Part shown: positions 30,463 to 46,164 of the stretch, piece after piece
Position numbering within the stretch: the first letter of the stretch is position 1
Layout: each line of letters opens with the position of its first letter
Origin: Octopus vulgaris
Taxonomy: Eukaryota
Assembly: GCA_951406725.2 (NCBI GenBank)
Contig: OX597828.1
Span: forward strand, 50,282,001-50,346,000
Reading direction: 5' to 3'
Length of the DNA stretch: 64,000 nt
Notes under the pieces: model-generated
Database searches by the model: none
Told to the model about the DNA's origin: nothing
What the model saw: the letters and a program-made list of their open reading frames with translations, nothing else
Program-made: the position numbers and the translations under genes

Positions 30463-30650
30463 TGTAAATTTAAATATATTAACATTAAACTGTGCTCTCC
30501 GTTTGCTACATATTAAATGAACTTTTACATTACATATTGATATATGAATATATTGGTTATATGGGAAGAATTCAGCTGAGCTCGAATATGTTCGTCACAT
30601 ATTTCAACGAAACATATTTTCAACTTTCTAAAGGCAAATACATTGCAGTT

Positions 30651-31070
30651 ACTCTTCTTTTCTCTTTCTTTACTTGTTTCTGTCATGTGACTGCGGCCAT
30701 GCTGGAGCACCGCCGTTAGTAGAGCAAATCGACCCCAAGACTTATTCTTTGTAAGCCTAGTACTTATTCTATCGGTCTCTTTTGCCGAACTGCTAAGTTA
30801 CGGGGATGTAAACACACTAGCATCGGTTGTGAAGCGATGTTGCGGGGGGGACAAACACAGACACACAAACATATACACACATACAAACACACATATATAC
30901 ATATATACGACGGGATTCTTTCAGTTTCCGTCTTCCAAATCCACTCACAAGGGCTTGGTCGGCCCGAGGCTATAGTAGAAGACACTTGCCCAAGGTGCCA
31001 CGCAGTGGGACTGAACCCGGAGCCATCTGGTTGGCAAGCAAGCTACTTACCACACAGCCACTCCTACGCC
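30651..31070 (-). mobile_element. SINE family A, full length
   Basis: Conserved head, body and tail. Confidence 0.92.
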
Positions 31071-32056
31071 TATACTTTACTGTGGAAAAAAAAATCTCCG
31101 TTTTTATCAGAAGAGATTTTTTTCCTCCACGGTAACAGCAGTGTATTCGACTTTAGAATTTGAAGTATGTGAGAAACATATTTCAACTAACCTAAATTCT
31201 GCCCATACCTAAACACTGCTTTTAAGCCTATGCTCCGTTAATGGGTATATGGATTTTGTATATTATGTATATAATAAATCATATTTTTCCCAATATTAAA
31301 TTATAATCGTAATTCATTTATAAATATTAATATTAATATTAAGGCTAGGATAACACTCGACAACATGTGATATAGTTGATGTAAATACCTCGCAGGATTA
31401 AACTAAATATGATTCATTTACATATCTAGCATTATGATCTTATACAAATACCAGAAAGATATACCATAATTTGCATTACAAGATTAAATACATTATACAT
31501 ACAAATATTTATATATGTGCATATATATGTATATGTGCTCACATACGCACACACACACACATGTGCGCACGCATACATAATAATAAACTGTATTAGCTTA
31601 AAGCTGTTTCTGCTAAATACAGTGAACTAAGAGATTAGTGCATTGCATCTTACAAAAGAAACAGCTGTAAGCTAATAAAGTTTCGCACGTGATTTCTATT
31701 CCCTTGTCGTTTATTTAATTTCATGTTTTGCTCTGTACTCTCCGAGCGATTTGGACAAAAGAATCTGTATAGTATGTCATAACACCTGGCTTTTTGTATT
31801 GCTATGCCCAAGCAAAAGCTTAAGAGCTTTGTGAGTGGATTTGGTAGGCGGAAACTGAAAGAAGACCATCATATATATATATGTATGTATACATACATGC
31901 AAACATACACACTCATATATGTATGCTTCATTTTTGAAACACAGCGTAATTCGTTCTTTAGACTATATTCAAATTGACGCCAATGTATATACGAACGTGT
32001 ACTCACACGTATATACACATAGAACACATGCACACGCATACACACATATGTATGTG

Positions 32057-32102
<46 letters not shown>

Positions 32103-32542
32103 GATATGTATATATATATATAGATAGATAAATATAAATATAATTATTGATGTAGAAATAGATATATAGATGATATTTTGCAAAGTAACAAAATTAACTG
32201 TATTCACTTATTCAATATCCATGTCGATTTCCTAATTGCTTTTGAGAAAACATTGACGAGAATCATGTCCTTGCGTTGCTTTTTCTGAACGCCAAATGGA
32301 ATATCGCAAATACCGTATACTTATCTAATTTTCCACTGATACATTGCATTAAGCACAACTTTCATTCAGACTTATGAAGTACAACTGATACATAATGCAT
32401 TTTCAGACGTTAATTATCTTACAATGTTCCGTCTCCTCGCAGTTTGCAGTGAAAATAGCAAAAGATCTATACAAGAGTTCTCTTAAGAAATATGAAATTG
32501 TGTAATATCTCTTAAATCACAAATGAAGTGATACCAAACACA

Positions 32543-32779
<237 letters not shown>

Positions 32780-33823
32780 GTCTATATATATTCATTGATT
32801 TAAGAAACGCTGTTTGTGAATACTAGCGAATATGAAAAGTAATACGAATAGTTACGTCATCAGCTAAATAATGTTAATATCTGACTGCAATGGTGGTCGA
32901 TATAACAAGGAGGAAATATTGTCAGCAACCAATTTTAATCCTATGATTGTAAATTTCAAACTACATTTCTATCAACTCGAAACGCGATACAGTCAGTTCC
33001 ATGGATTTGAAGTCATTCTATCTGCCTGTCTGTCTGTATAAATGTCACAAGAAATACCACAAAGCATTTCCTCTGATGCGCCAACGCATTAAGATAATGA
33101 AGACAATGAGGATGAGGATGATAATGATGACGATGATGAGACGACGATAATGATGTTAGTATCTGAAGAGAGCGAAAGATCAGGCCATCAATATTAAACA
33201 CTTAGAAACGTAAATGCATTACCGAAGAATTATCCAAGTTTACAACCTGGAATATTTCTCCATTAGTCTTCGTAATAATTCACACAAGAAAGTTATTGCA
33301 TGCGTAATGGGGGATTGGGTGGGGCATTTGTTTATTAATCTTTCGTGTCGGTAATCAAGTAATCATACCCGGAAATTAGTGTTTTCAATACTGGAAACAG
33401 ATATGACTGCGTGGTTATGAAATTTACCTGGAAATCACGTGGTTATAAGTTAGATTCTTCTGTACACCATTGCTTAGCGACATATATCAATACCAATGAA
33501 AATTATCTCCAATGTCCCCAATAAATCGATGCATTATAGCAAAAATTATCTGATGGATGAGCGTTACTTCGGGTACAATATCTCGAGGAGACTCATCCCG
33601 AAGAATGAGTTGTTTATATGACAAAAATTCCACCATTCGTTTCTTGACATCAAACACGTTAAAGTTCCTGTTCCTGCTGAAATTGTTTTACTTCCTTGAA
33701 GAATTTCGTTTATAGAATCGCTATTCTCAAACACCTCATTCAGACCTCTGTATGAAACCACAGTATTTTGCCGAGAAAAAAATGGACAAAAACAGAAGAA
33801 AAGAAAATTGAACAAAAATTACT

Positions 33824-34234
33824 CGCAGGAGTGGCTGTGTGGTAAGTAGCTTGTTTACCAACCACATGGTTCCGGGTTCAGTCCCACTGCGTGGCATCTT
33901 GGGCAAGTGTCTTCTATTATAGCCTCGGGCCGACCAAAGCCTTGTGAGTGAATTTGGTAGACGGAAACAGAAAGAAGTCCGTCGTATATATGTATATATA
34001 TATGTATATGTGTGCGTGTATGTTTGTGTTTGTCCCCCTAGCATTGCTTGACAACCGATGCTGGTGTGTTTATGTCCCCGTTACTTAGCCGTTCGGCAAA
34101 AGAGACCGATAAAATAAGTACTGGGCTTACAAAAAGAATAAGTCCCGGGGTCGAGTTGCTCGATTAAAGGCGGTGCTCCAGCACGGCCGCAGTCAAATGA
34201 CTGAAACAAGTAAAAGAGTAAAAGAGAGAGAGAG
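33824..34234 (+). mobile_element. SINE family A, full length
   Basis: Conserved head, body and tail. Confidence 0.92.
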
Positions 34235-35284
34235 TATCAGGTTAGATCGTTTATACTCGACTTTCTTTGAAGGACAAATTCATTGGTTCAAATTTTCACA
34301 AATTCTGATGTAGCTACAACATTTACAGAAACTGCTTTGCATATTCACAGCAAACAATCTATAACATCTTGAAGCATAACCCCCAAAATATATCTCAAAA
34401 TCTGCGAGATATATCCCATGACCAAAAAGATTTGCACAAAATGTTTTATCATATATATATACAGTCACACACGCATAATAAAAATTCTTTTTCTTTTCTT
34501 CCGTTTTCTCTACACACTCAAAGACATTTCCCCCCCCCCCCCGCTGTGACGTTTTGGACTTTCGGTTACTGCCTCCTGTCTTATGAGGAGGTAGTGTAGC
34601 AACCGATGTTTACTCTTCTTTATAATTACGTGACTGGCTTTTTATTTAGTGAGCTTATTTTGCTGTGACAAGACGTACGAAATTGTGTTTCCTTGTTCAA
34701 TATGTTTATGATTTTTTCTTGGTTTGGATAACTTTCCATTATACTAGAATCACTTGTAAGCCATTTTGATTAAGTGAAAAAATATTATGAACGCCAAACT
34801 ACTTTTTGGTAGCCTTTTTTAAATACTTTTGATGTAAGTCAGCAGAAATTTTGAAAATCACATTGTTAGTTGTTTTCATCGATTGAATCAAGTTTAGATA
34901 TGCTTTTCTCTCTTACATAAAAATATTTTGTAATATTAATTTTTCCTTTATGACCTCGCATAAACTGATTTTGTCTAGTCATTACGTTTGTGAACAATCT
35001 TATTCTGGTGGACTAAATTTGAATAAACTGAGTCCGGGCGACTCTTCCTACTTGTAAAATTACATTGTCACCTTATTGATGACTTATTCTATATTGCTAT
35101 TTTTCATTTACTTAATTTATGATTTGAAATTATTTCCTGCTCCCATTTAGTAGTGCATAGACGCAGGCGTAGCTGTATGGTAAGAAGTTTGTTTCTCAAC
35201 CACATGGCTCTGTAACACTGCGTGGCATCTTGGGTAGTGTGTTCTATAGCTCGGTCCTACACACATAAATAGTAATAAATAAAG

Positions 35285-36080
35285 AAATGGGTACTAATGT
35301 CATTTTTACCAAAGTAATTATATTCAATTACCAAACCTTCTTAAAGCAAGGAATTTCGTGATAGCTTCCAAACTTTTTGAAACTTAGAAAGTTCTCGACA
35401 CAACTATGATATGGCGGAGATTCCTTGCTGACATTTATATTCCATTTATTTTGACTTTGGAGCTGTGAAGAAAGATATGTTTATTTGACTTTTTCTTCGT
35501 TTTTCTCATTTAATTTCTCGCTTAACATTTATCGAAGAATATTTCAGTCAATGTTATCTCAAATTCTACAAAAATTTCTATCAACCTAAGAAGAAAAAAA
35601 AAATGTACAATTGGGATAAAACGGATGAAAGTTTGGTCAATCAAATGTGTTTTTGTTGTATATCTCCAAGATTCGTTCCTGCAACATTTTCAACTTTCCA
35701 GTCTGCAGAAGAAACAAAACCAGGTATCCCTTGTGATGGGTTATTGGATACAGTCATTCCAAAGCAAATTGAAAGTAATTCCAACACTGTAACTAAGGTA
35801 GGATCAACAAAATAAGTACTCCATCCAGTGAAAGCAACCAATGGAAAGAAATTTGGTACCTGGCCAGAATACTATGCTGGTGTGTTCCCCCAATGCTCTT
35901 CACACAGTTGCCATAACTGGAGACTATGCAGAACTGGCAAGACTCTTACACTGTTTTGAAACCACCTGAAGAATGTCTCATAGAAGTGCTGACACGAAAC
36001 GATCGTAGTGGTTATTTTAATTATATTTAATTTATATAAAATTTTTTATGTATTGGCTTAAGTCTTTCTTTGTTTGATTT
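35285..36080 (+). mobile_element. Heavily decayed PLE (RT traces plus 3' tail)
   Basis: Weak RT motif traces MGTNV... and IWRRFLADI (W.RF.DD-like); ends in a hammerhead. Confidence 0.5.
35960..36013 (+). ncRNA. Minimal type I hammerhead ribozyme motif
   Basis: AACCAC-CTGAAGA-ATGTC...GACAC-GAAA-C-GATC-GTA-GTGGTT: 6-bp stem I, intact core, palindromic stem III; first stem II pair is A.C. Confidence 0.8.
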
Positions 36081-36107
36081 GCATAATAGTGGTTTTGTCT
36101 CTAATTA

Positions 36108-36151
<44 letters not shown>

Positions 36152-36351
36152 ATTTAGGGTATCTAAGAGAAACCGTCATGCTGAAAATAGCAGCCAAGAC
36201 CTGACTCTAAAACCACATTAAATGCCCATGGTGGTATCTCTTATATACACTAAATTATTATTTTAATAATAATTATTACCATTGAAGTTTTTATTTCCAT
36301 GCTGGCCACTTGATAAGATCGTTATTTAATTTAAATTCGCGATCTTGTATT

Positions 36352-36429
<78 letters not shown>

Positions 36430-36459
36430 AAAGTTGGTTTGTGAAAGCACGTGGTTGAA

Positions 36460-36822
36460 TATATAGAAAATAGTAAAAAGTGAAAAAACTACAGAAGGCT
36501 TAAAGGTTAAAAAATATATATATTTGCGTCAATATGTCTGAAGAATATTAAAATTTTTTTTCTTACAATGACATAGTTTAGAAGAAAGACCGGTTTCGCG
36601 TTTAAACTCTTTTAAACATAAACATAACGATAACTCTGTTCAACATAAACATAACGTCGTAAGAAATTTGAAAAGCTAAACGCGAAACCGGTCTTTCTTC
36701 TAAACTATGTCATTATAAGAAAAAATTTTTTAATATTCTTCAGACATATTGACGCAAATATATATATTTTTTAACCTTTAAGCCTTCTGTAGTTTTTTCA
36801 CTTTTTACTATTTTCTATATAT
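36460..36822. repeat. Near-perfect ~145-bp inverted repeat (PLE-type fold-back) between TA tracts
   Basis: 36460-36604 is the reverse complement of 36677-36822; contains GAAACCGGTC hammerhead 3' half. Confidence 0.9.
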
Positions 36823-37431
36823 ATATATATATATATAAGTACAAGATCGCTAAATAACGGTAATACGGGTATGTCTGGCTTTTTGAATTTTCGATTATTT
36901 CCGTCATTGGTTTTGGGTTTTAGGATTTTTATGCATTTGCCCGCTTCCCCCTATGTGTTTAAGTGACATCTTTTGGTTTGGTCATTTTGACTGCTATATT
37001 TAGCATACCGGTACTACTTGTTAGCACCCTTAAGTATTAGCTGCAAATATATATATATACGTTTATATATTTCGCTTGGGTATTGGGATACAAATATCCT
37101 GGTGTAGGACTCAATATACGTTTGTTTCTTAAGGAAGCGTTAGTCGAGTACAGAGCAGTACTAAGAAAAAAGAGGTGAGAAAGGAATAAATGAATATCCT
37201 ATAAAATCCATTAGCTTATAGCTGTTTCCGCTATGACAAGCAATGGGTGACGGTGACGGGGAGATAAATCTCTACCACGTCCAGCACCGAGACCACCAGA
37301 CCTCGGCCTTCCTTGGTCTTGTCAGTGATCGACGCGTTTATGAACTCCCCAAGACTAAAATCAAAACCAAAATGGTAAAAACAAAACGTTACGTTGTTCA
37401 GTTATATGAATCGGATGAAAGGTCACCAAGC

Positions 37432-38380
<949 letters not shown>

Positions 38381-39006
38381 AACAAAAAGAAACATCCGAT
38401 TCATATCAATGAACAACGAATCGTTCTGTTTTTACCATTATTACAAGACTGGCCCTTTTAATTCCAAGTGCAATTCACCCGATAACCCCGTGTGCAGTTA
38501 CAATCTAATTCACGTCCCTCACATAATTTTAGCTGAACTGAGCTATGGCAGAAGAAACTTGCCAAAGCTACCACACAATGGTATCGGAACTATGATAATA
38601 TGATTGCGAAGCGAACTTATTAAGCATCATACCATGCAAGACTCAACAAGTGCATATTGGATGTTTTCGCGTTCTACATAGAAAATCAAAAAAGAATCAA
38701 AGAATCAACTGTTATAACGATTTTGGGTTCTATATTTTGGTAACAATATATTTACTGTGTGAGATAGGTTCGTAATTTGTTCATATTGCATGTGTATGTA
38801 TGTATGTATGTATGTATGTATGTATGTATGTATGTATGTATGTATAATGTATGATATATATACATATATACTTGCTTATATATTTATATACAAATGTATA
38901 TCTATATGTATACATGTATATGTATATGTGCATGTATATATGTGTGTGTGTGTGTGTGAATAAATATATGTATATGCTTGTGTATATATATACACACATT
39001 TATATG

Positions 39007-39040
<34 letters not shown>

Positions 39041-39198
39041 CTTACATATGTAATTATATGTATACATGTATATGTCCATATATATATGCATGTATATTAT
39101 AAAATATATGCAATATAAATATATATATATATATATAAATGTCTCTCTCTGTGTATATTGTATATATACATACATCCACACACACACACATACACAGA

Positions 39199-39243
<45 letters not shown>

Positions 39244-39559
39244 ATGCCTATGTGTTTGTGGGTATGTTAGTGGTTGCATCGATCGAACTTCTAAGAAACC
39301 GAACAAAACGCATTGTGTTACTTGTGTAACACAGGAAGTTATATATTTATTGCAATACAGTGATACTAGCGACATCTACACAATACCAGGTCTGCAGGAG
39401 GCTTTTGGTAATAATATTATCAAGTATTATCGCATTGTTTCCTTCCAATTCACTTTTTGTATAGAAATGTATTTGGAATTACTTTGATTTGCAAATTTCA
39501 AGAATATCTCACCTTAGAATTTATACATACATACATACATACATACATACGTACGTACG

Positions 39560-39590
<31 letters not shown>

Positions 39591-39774
39591 GCGTACATAC
39601 ATATGCGTACATACATATGCGTACATACATATACATATACATACATAAACACACATATACTTGTGTGTTTATATATATATATGAGTGTATATATATAAAC
39701 GTATATATATATATATCTGTATGTATATGCAAATATATATATATCTATATAAATATATATATATACGTGTACTC

Positions 39775-39840
<66 letters not shown>

Positions 39841-42044
39841 GACTATAACTGAATAAATTTGAATAAATTTGAGCTTCTTAGTGTGAATCTTCAAACAAGT
39901 AAGACTAATATAGTCAATCAATATCTGTCTTTGTGAGGGGCAAAGTTTATGAGTTAGTCATTTTAGAGAACCTCTACGCTACATACACAAATAGATAAGG
40001 ATGTAATTAATATTTTAGTGAAAATTACTAAATTAGATCTTACCAATCTTCCTACAAATCTAGAATGAATGTTTCAATTCTCATCTAATTACTACAGTGG
40101 TGATTTCATCCACAGTGGATTTCAGGAAGAATTACAATTTATAGAAAATAACAAAAGAACAACTAGAATAAAATAATATGCAACATTGTTTAATTAGCCG
40201 TTTAACTGAACTGAAATTACAATGATTACAAAAGTATATTTTACTCTGTTGAGTTTACACTTACCCTCATAATATCACAACTACAATCTGTTTGCTAAAT
40301 ATTACATACATATAACGTATTCTATTACACGAAGTGTTGTGCAAAATTTAGCTGATTTAAACTAATCTAAACTAAACTCACCCGTCATTAACTCCATCAG
40401 TCTTACTTGCTAAGTCTTAATCAGGCGACTCAGTAATCATATCTGTCCTACAATGTCCCACTGTAAAACGCTTTATAGATGCAAGCAGCAAGTTCACACC
40501 TTTCGTGATCAGAAAACATAATGACTAATAACTGATATTTCATATGGAACCGACAAATGAAGAATAAAAGAACAACAACAACAAAAAATCCCAATAATTA
40601 CAACCTGAAATGGTAATCTCGCGCCTTTGCTAAGTCTCATGCAAGCAATAAGACAGTGTTCGAACTTATGTATAAGGGGAGAGCTTCTAAATTCTCTCTG
40701 TGTAACATCATTCTGAAAAGCTTAACTCCTCCCCAAACAGAACACTTATAATTTCCGGCAATTTCAAGCCATTTATCTGCTATGTTATTTTACCTAATCT
40801 CTCAAAACTTACGTCTTGGGAGAATCAAGGATTCTTTATTCTGTTTTATAATACTTATCATAAACTAAATTCACGCCTCTTATTTTATACAATGCTCTTC
40901 TTCCATTGCACTGATTGAAATGACAGAATCTCTTATACTAAATAGCTTTATAAATCTGAACTTCTTTCTATTGTATATCTTTATCTTATCACCTTGTTCC
41001 TATTACTTTTCTATGCAGTTAATGCTATAGTCTCATATGTTTCTAACCACTTTCAAGAAACTACAACCTAGCTCAGAGTCATTATAACAACAAAACTCCA
41101 TTAAAAATATAGACTTAAGTTAATCCTATTATTGTAACAACACATCTCTAAGCAGTATAAATGATTCTATTTTTGATAAATTTAGCTCTTTTCCATAGAG
41201 TTTTTAACGAACACTTGCTACCGGCAAACCATACCATGCCTCACTACAAACGCTTCAAGAGTACATGATTATGTTTACACACGCATACACACTCATAGTT
41301 GTAAATACACAGTTTATCTTTTATATTTTACTTGTTTCAGTCATGCTGGGACACCACCTTGAAGAGGTTTTGGACAAACGAATCGATCCCTAGTATTTAT
41401 TTTTTTCATCAAGCCTGATACATGAAAAGCAATCTGTATAGCTTGCTTAACTGGATATACTAACAGAAAGCCACAACGCTGCAGTTTTGTTTTGAGAAGG
41501 CATATTGTATAGGCACATAGTGGTACAAAGCAGAGAAGTATCAGTAGCAACGGTGGCGGTAAAATTACTAGATCACGTGATTTCAGGCGTATTTGCGCAT
41601 TATCAGCAGCAAGTAGCCACTATCACAAACATGCGGGGATAGTGGATACTTGCTGCCGATTATATCAGTGTTTAACTACGCCGTTTACACTTTGTACACT
41701 ATGTGTCTAGTTTCAAAAGAGTCATGTTTACTTCGTTAGATATTTTAAGTTCCTTTCTTATGCTATTTGAAAACACAATATTAATAAAAATGCACACAGA
41801 CATACATATATACAAGAATGCACACAAACATGCATACATACATATATATTCCAAAAATTCTCTATGTGAAGAGATGTACACACTTGGAAGTATGCATCGA
41901 CAGTTCAACCAACACATCCTGAACCAAGTATTTACAAATACCAGGAACTCTCTTAACTCACAAACGTCTTGTCACCTTGTTAGCAACCGGCTCGAACTCT
42001 CTTATGAAAACCTTAAATAAAACTCAAAATTCAAACATACATAC

Positions 42045-42911
42045 ATAGGAAAAAAATTAGAAATTTTTTTAAAAGCTTCAACTTAGGAATCACGCTTGAA
42101 TATGGTACTAAGGGGGAAAATGTTTTAGATACTACGTTAGACATTAACTCAGGATTGTACCCCTCCTATAGGAAACTAGGTGAAGTTACGAGTTATGTGA
42201 ACAAACCCTCAAATCAACCACCTAATATATTAAAATCAGTAGTCAAAAGTATTTCTAAAACAATTACGAAATTATCAGCAAATAAAGACATTTTTAATAC
42301 TCATTCCTACCACTATAACTTCGCTTTGTCTAAGGCAGGATACAACCGTGGAATTACTTTTCTTAATCCAGAAAATATAATACCTGCTAATAATATAAAT
42401 AATGAGAATTTATGTGAGAGGGAGAAAACAGGCCTACTTGGTCGGGAAAACAGACCTACTATGAAACCATCCAACAAATCCATTAATTTAAGTAACAATA
42501 GGAAATTAGATGATATAACCAGTAAGAATAATAATTTATATAATAATTATAGTGAAGCAATTGAGCGGATTATGCCACCCTCAAATGATAATAAAAATAC
42601 TGATAGTATAGTCATACCTAATAATCAAGTCGTGACTTTAGAAGGCGGTGGAAGAGTAGGTAGATTCTGCCCTTGTATACGTAATAGGTATGAATGTAGT
42701 GATTTGGTCTGGTATAATGTTCCCTTCAATTGTGTTATATCCACCAACATATATAAGAAATTTATGGCAATTTTGGACAAAATCTTCCCTGCTTCTCATA
42801 GATATAATAGAATATTTTCTCGTAAGACAGAATCTAGTATTCTACCCTCTCCAATATAGGTACCGTCATAGCCAGGTTAAATAGAAAGAATATAAAACCA
42901 GCAAGAGGAGT

Positions 42912-42976
<65 letters not shown>

Positions 42977-43392
42977 TTAGTATTGTCAACACTAGTTTCA
43001 ACCCCTACAATGAGAATAATATTAATGGAGATGTAGGAATTAGAAACAACAGTACTAACACATCTAATATGTACAATATAAACTGTGACTCCGAAGTTTA
43101 TACTAGCACAGGGATTACTGAATGCTTGTTGACGCTGAGATGAATTTAAATGATAATATTGTTAAAGGAAGTATAAATAATAACGACTACAATAATAATA
43201 ATAATCATAACACCGATTATAGTAGTAGTAGTAGTAGTAGTAATAATAATAATAACAATGATAGGAATATCAATAATATTAATAGTGGTAATGCTTCCGG
43301 TTACAAGTGTAGAGTTAACTCACACTGTCCGTTATTAGGTTGATGTTTAATCCAAAACGTAATTTATAAATGTGCAATCGTAACTGAGGCTG

Positions 43393-43455
<63 letters not shown>

Positions 43456-43725
43456 ATATATATATATATATATAATGGCGGTGCCTCAGCATGGCCACAG
43501 CTCGTGAGCTGAAACTAGATAAAATAAAATAAATAAATATATATATATATAGGATGTTCGATAAATATAAAAAAAACGTATCAATAACCATTTTTCATAT
43601 TTTAGACTCAAACATAAAGCTAATAGTACGTCCTTATCTAGCAAGATTTGGGAACTGAAAGAAAGCGGGACAGGATTTAGCCATAAGTGGGATATAATAC
43701 GGTGAGCGCAGCCTTATAGAAATAG
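42045..43725 (+). pseudogene. PLE (Naiad-type) RT C-terminus, linker and GIY-YIG endonuclease relic
   Basis: NVLDTTLDINSGLYPSYRK...YVNKPSNQPPNILK...ALSKAGY...VWYNVPFN...KCRVNSHCPLLG*CLIQNVIYKC...STSLSSKIWELKE...WDII; interrupted by ACT/AAT/TA tracts. Confidence 0.88.
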
Positions 43726-43751
43726 TTTATATATATATATATATATGTATG

Positions 43752-43839
<88 letters not shown>

Positions 43840-44318
43840 TTTGGCTTAGTTTGGACAAAAGTCTCAAAACTTGCGTTTAAAAGCACTTATGCTTCTTGTC
43901 ATCTATAACATGTTAATTCCATCTCTTGGGTAAGCCAATGAAATGGGTATATTTGTGGGACTCCTTCCTACGCATCAACACTAACATTGGAGCTAAAATA
44001 GTATTGAAACCCTAATTATTGAGAGTAATCTTAAACAGTTTTACATGAGTATTAAAAAAATGCAAACTAATGATGGCGTGCGATGTTGAAACATGATGCG
44101 ATGAATAATTAACGTCCGTGAATTTCCATCTTCGAATTACTGCTGTTATTATCATGCGCGCGCACACACACTAATACTCACATACACATTCACGTATGTG
44201 TATGTTTATATATATATATGTATATATATACATATATAATATGTGTGCGTATATGCATGCATACATACATACACATACATACATATATACAGACATTTAT
44301 ATATATATACATATATAT

Positions 44319-44395
<77 letters not shown>

Positions 44396-44396
44396 A

Positions 44397-44726
44397 GACC
44401 CCCTTCGGTCGTGAATGACCATGGGATTGCACCTAGAAAGTTATCCTCCCAGACAACTTCGGGTAAGGTTGTTTGTGGAAGGTCAGCAGTCGCCCATGCA
44501 TACCGGCCTCCCCTCTCCACGCCACCAGTGTTATCCAAGTCAAAGGCAAAGGGGCCGATACAGCTTGGCACCTGTGATGTCGCAACTCATTCCTACATCT
44601 AAGTTAACTGGAGCAACGTGAAATAAAGTGTCTTGCTCAAGAAAACAACACGCAGCCCGGTACGGGAATCGAACTCACAACCTCACGATCGCAAGCTCGG
44701 CGCTCTAACCACTGAGACATGCGCCT
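44397..44726 (-). mobile_element. tRNA-derived SINE family C variant (alternative 3' half)
   Basis: Head GGCGCATGTCTCAGTGGTTAGAGCG...GTGAGTTCGATTCCC, then CTTGAGCAAGACACTTTATTTCACGTTGCTCCAGT shared with the 47.3 and 56.0 kb copies. Confidence 0.85.
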
Positions 44727-45095
44727 ATGTTTCTTATATACACCAGTATTGAGTTTCTCGTTGTTGATGCTGTTCCCTATATGGGCGCAAATGTAATTCT
44801 TTCCCAAATAAATTGCACTCATATTCGAAGGTCCGATGCAAATATTAGGTATTATCCAGGGACTGAACCATGAGTCCACTGCATCTCGTAGCAGAAACAG
44901 ATGTAAGCCTATAAAGTACATAAGAAAATAATTTATTTTTTCGTCATCTCACTTATTACCGTTCTTTCCCCAGCTACCACTTTCTGAAGCATACATATGT
45001 TGAGTTCTCAAACAGGTTTTTAGTCTCGCAATGCCATTGACGAAATTTGTGTGTGTAGGTGTGTGTACATACATACATACATACACACACATATA

Positions 45096-45148
<53 letters not shown>

Positions 45149-45216
45149 TTATAAATGTGTAACAAAGATGTATGTGTCAACTCATTACATTTATATATAT
45201 AGATCTATGTACCTGC

Positions 45217-45319
<103 letters not shown>

Positions 45320-45338
45320 CCTACCTACCTACCTATCA

Positions 45339-45399
<61 letters not shown>

Positions 45400-45439
45400 C
45401 CTACCTATGTATGTATGTATGTATGTATGTATGTATGTA

Positions 45440-45490
<51 letters not shown>

Positions 45491-46002
45491 AGATGTGTGT
45501 GCATGTGTGTGTATATGAGTATATGTGCATGTGTGTATATGAGAGTGTATGTGTGTTTGTGTGCGAGTGTTCATCAAACTTTCAAGAAATTGAACAAAGC
45601 AATTTCGTTACATAGGAAGTTATATTATTCAGTGACATCAGCGAAATCTACACGATGTCTTATCTACAGGAGGTTTTTGGTTGTCATAGCATAGAATTTT
45701 ATCACATTGTTATGATTCGAATACATCGTCTGTGTGTGGAGGGGGGTTTACAAGAATTACATTCATTGAAATTTCGAGCTCATAAAGCTTGCTGAAATGA
45801 CATATACTTGTATGTATGTATGTATGTATGTATGTATGTATGTATGTATGTATGTATGTATGTATGTATGTATGTATGTATGTATGTGTGTGTGTATGTA
45901 TGTATGTATGTATGTGTGTATGTGTGTGTGCATGTATGTGTGTATGTATGTATGTGTGTATGCATGCATGCATGTATGTATGTATGTATGTATGTATGTA
46001 TG

Positions 46003-46033
<31 letters not shown>

Positions 46034-46109
46034 TTACATATATGTATATACATGCATACACACAGACACACAACCACACACAGACACACACACAGCCACA
46101 CCCACAGCT

Positions 46110-46148
<39 letters not shown>

Positions 46149-46164
46149 CAGTGAGAATTTACAA

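Noticed and set aside
34280-34468. PARP-like motif FGHGIYLAD-x7-Y in a 62-aa minus-strand ORF
   Set aside because: No acceptor upstream of the motif, the rest of the fold is absent, and the codons overlap a small DNA palindrome (ATATATCTC/GAGATATAT); most likely chance. A profile HMM search would settle it
39900-41150. Possible solo LTR (TGT...ACA)
   Set aside because: No TSD, PBS, PPT or second copy could be identified
43341-43343. In-frame TGA in the Cys cluster of the Naiad-type PLE, suggesting selenocysteine (reported for some Naiads)
   Set aside because: The TGA is at the variable position in G-x-C rather than at a Cys position; CGA to TGA decay is simpler in a frameshifted relic; no SECIS identified
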